DNA of 63,032 nt, filler included, from Reclinomonas americana ATCC 50394 (taxonomy: Eukaryota): NCBI GenBank assembly GCA_048213135.1. It is 21 parts of 21 records of this genome, joined end to end, with 100 filler letters (N's around TTAATTAATTAA, not from the genome) between each part and the next. Parts side by side here need not be neighbours in the genome. Positions count along the whole stretch, not along the records: positions 58,988 to 60,448 come from AFZH01021902.1; positions 60,549 to 63,032 come from AFZH01021903.1; 19 more parts are not named here. One strand, 5' to 3'. The translations under genes and the position numbers were made by a program. Shown here in pieces: positions 60,201 to 63,032 of the stretch (the stretch's first letter is position 1; each line of letters starts with the position of its first letter). Below the pieces are notes generated by a model. That model was not told where the DNA came from. It searched no databases and saw only the letters and a list, made by a program, of their open reading frames with translations.

Positions 60201-62555
60201 TGAGGAAGAAGAATAAGAGAAGGGGTGTAAGAAGAGTGCATCGCAAGGGGAACAAGTGAGAGAAACGGGACGAGAGAGAGAAGGGGGTTGCAAAAATGGA
60301 GTCAAGCGAGATAAGAACGGGAGGAGAGTGCAAGAAGAGACCACAGAAGAGCGGGAGAGAGGAGAGATTAAGAAGTGTATGCAACAGGGAAAGTGAAGCG
60401 AAACAGAGCACAGGACAGCAGAACAATCGAAGCAGTGGGCAGAAAGGGNNNNNNNNNNNNNNNNNNNNNNNNNNNNNNNNNNNNNNNNNNNNTTAATTAA
60501 TTAANNNNNNNNNNNNNNNNNNNNNNNNNNNNNNNNNNNNNNNNNNNNCAGTGCGCGCGGCCAGTTCCTCGCGCACCGCCCGCAACTCGCCCTCGCGCAA
60601 CTGCAGCTGACGACTCGCATCCGACTGCTGTCGGCCAAGCCGCTCGCGCTCCAGTCGCGACGACTCCAGCAGCGACTGATGGTCGCGTGCCAGCTTGGCG
60701 CGTTCCTGCTCCGCCTGGTCGCGCTCGCGTGTGAGCCTCTGGTTGAGGATCATGGACTGCTCCAGTTGGTGCACGAGACTGAGACGCTCCGTCATGAGCG
60801 CCTCGTACTCCAGCCGACTGGCTTGCAGCTCGCGGGCCAACGCGTCCTGCTCGTGTGCCATGCTGAGCAGCTCCTCCGAGTCCGTCTCCTGCAGGAGGCG
60901 ATCTCGATGCTGGCGGGCGCGCGACAGCGCGTCGCCGACACTTGCCAGCGAGCGCTGCTGCACTTGCAATGCAGCGACATGCTCCTGCGCCGCCAACACC
61001 GCGCGACTGGCCACCTCGTCGATGCTCAACGAGGCGTCGCCACTCTGCTGCTGCTGTTGAGGAGACTGCACGGCAGTGAACGCCGACTGTGCAGTGGGTG
61101 TGCGGGCACGAGGCGCCGCCGCCGCCGCCGCCGGAGAGACCATGGAGGAGGCGGACTGCGAGGCGGGTGTCGGCACCTCCAACAGGGTGGCGATGCGCTG
61201 CAGCGCCGCGTACAGGGTGCTGCGCTCGCGGGTCGCCTGGTGGAGCTCGCGTTGTGTGGTTTCCAGGGAGTGGTTGGCCTGTGACGGCGAGAGGGGGGGA
61301 GAGGGTGGTGAGGAGAAAGGGGGGAAGGAGAAAGGGGAAAGGGGAAGAAAGGATTGTGCCAGGGAAGGAGAGAAAGTTCGGGGAAAGAAGAAAGGAGAAG
61401 GCGGAGGGCAGGAGGGAAAGCAAAGGGAGAAGAGAAGAGGGGAAGAGACAGGCGCACTCTTACCCTTGGCGATCTTCTCCACTTCCACTTTCATATCTCT
61501 CCTCTCATCACATTCTTATCTCGAGCACGCCACATTGCCCTCCTGTCCCTCGTCCATCTCCCTTCCTCTTCTCATTCTCGCTGCTTTCTCCCCTCTCTTC
61601 TCCTCTTCTCCTTGCCGCACCTTGCGCAATTCTTCCAAAATCTGCGCGCGCTCCTCCGTGTGCGCCTCGGCTTGCGACACCAGTCGCCGCCTCCACTCAT
61701 CGCTCAGATCGTGCGCAGGCAGGCCAGCAGTAAGTACCTCCAGCTGGCCCTGCAGTGCCGCCTTTTGTGAAGCGGCGTCCGCCAGTCGTGCTGCGGTCTG
61801 CTCCCGATCCTCCAGCAACTCTCGTTGCTTGGCGCGCGCATCGCTGAGGTCGGCCAGCGCCTGCTCGAGGCGCTTCTCAGCCGCCAGTCGCTCATCGCTG
61901 AGGCTCTCCAATCGTGCACCAGCATTACGATGTTGCGTTGTCGACTCTTCCATGCACTTGACGGCGCTGTCAACGGCCGACTGCAGGGCACTGCGCGCCT
62001 CATAATGCCGCGATCCCTTTGCAGCTATTGAAAGAGTGAGTGAGCGCCGGTAATGGTGGTCACACGGAGAGAGCATGTGGCACGCACCATCTCGCGCCAC
62101 CAGCACCTCGTCAACGACTGTGAAATACGCCGCCGAACTCTCAATCAAGCCTCGCGATACGGCACTCAGCTGTTACGAGTACGTGATGTGAGCACATGGA
62201 ATGCGCATGTACGATCACCAACAGCAGCACAGACCTCGCTCGCCACTGCGTCACCGCCGAATGCCGACACGCGGCTCGACAAGAGCATGGCACTGCGTGT
62301 GGCCAGCGGACTCGACGACAGCGCCACGTGCAAGTGTCGATTGTGGAGATGGCTGTCGGGACTGTTGTGCGGGCTGTTGCGCCACAGCAGCATGGACGAG
62401 AGCGACGAGGACGACGAGTGCGTGGACATGGGTGGGGAGGCGGGTAAGGCGGTCACTGCGGCGGAGGCGGTGGTCGCGGAGAGTGGAGTCGCGAGGGGTG
62501 TCTCCGGGTCGCCGAGGATGGAGTCGTCGTCGGCACCGGCTGGCGGGAGGGAAGG
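57274..62555 (-). CDS. Very long eukaryotic coiled-coil protein (cytoskeletal or centrosomal-like), multi-exon, spans linkers
   Basis: Successive exons rich in ERDRL/AERD heptads separated by GT-AG introns with C/T tracts on the - strand; both ends uncertain. Confidence 0.75.
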
Positions 62556-63032
62556 GAGGAATGAGTAAGGGAAAGGGAGAAGGGTGGGAAAAGAGGAAAG
62601 GGGGAGGGAGAAGAGAGAGGAAACGAGAGAGAGAAGAGAGGAAAGAAAGGAAGAGCGGAAACGGGCGATGGAGTCAACGAAATAGGGATGAGAGTGCTTG
62701 AGAGTGAGCGAGGGAGGGTGAGAGTAAGGGCAAGAGACAGAAGAGAATGAACGGGTGACAAGTGAGTGAATGAGCGGAAGACGATTGCATCACTCGGAAG
62801 TGCGGAGAATCTGAAATGCAACAATGCACACACAAGACCGCCAGTACACAACAAACACAAGGAGAGGGAGAGAAAGAGAGAGTGATGCAGAAAGAGAGTG
62901 AAGACAGAGAAGGGACAGTCACTCTCACAAAGAGTCATGACAACACTCTCTGTACATGATCTCTCTGAGTATGTGCATGTGTCAGTGTGAGAGACAGTGC
63001 GAGCGTCCTTCAGTGAGAGAGAGTGAGAGAGT

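Overview
This window is a concatenation of 21 contig pieces joined by 20 artificial 100-bp linkers (N44-TTAATTAATTAA-N44), and it mixes two organisms. Positions 1-41146 and 57274-63032 are an intron-rich, microsatellite-rich, gene-dense eukaryote, probably a protist. Its genes include an NHL/IPT/EGF 7TM receptor-like protein, a WD40 protein, XPG/Rad2, a GNAT, Mon1, a pseudokinase-HECT E3 fusion, a Ser-Pro tandem-repeat protein, an ER thioredoxin-fold protein and a long coiled-coil protein. Positions 41247-57173 are intron-free, high-GC alphaproteobacterial DNA (Hyphomicrobiales, Bosea-like by inference). It carries a luxR-luxI-small-ORF quorum-sensing module bracketed by two complementary halves of a PraR/PhrR-type XRE repressor, a small ORF-ku-ligD NHEJ operon, mnmG-rsmG-parA-parB with a perfect parS, holA, yggS and a GntR/TctC/aminotransferase locus. 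The best candidates for new biology are the BjaI-like (acyl-CoA-type) quorum-sensing cassette with a possible CinS-like antirepressor and linked PraR, and the protist pseudokinase-HECT fusion. Family assignments come from motif recognition by eye; no searches were run, and eukaryotic exon boundaries are manual and approximate.
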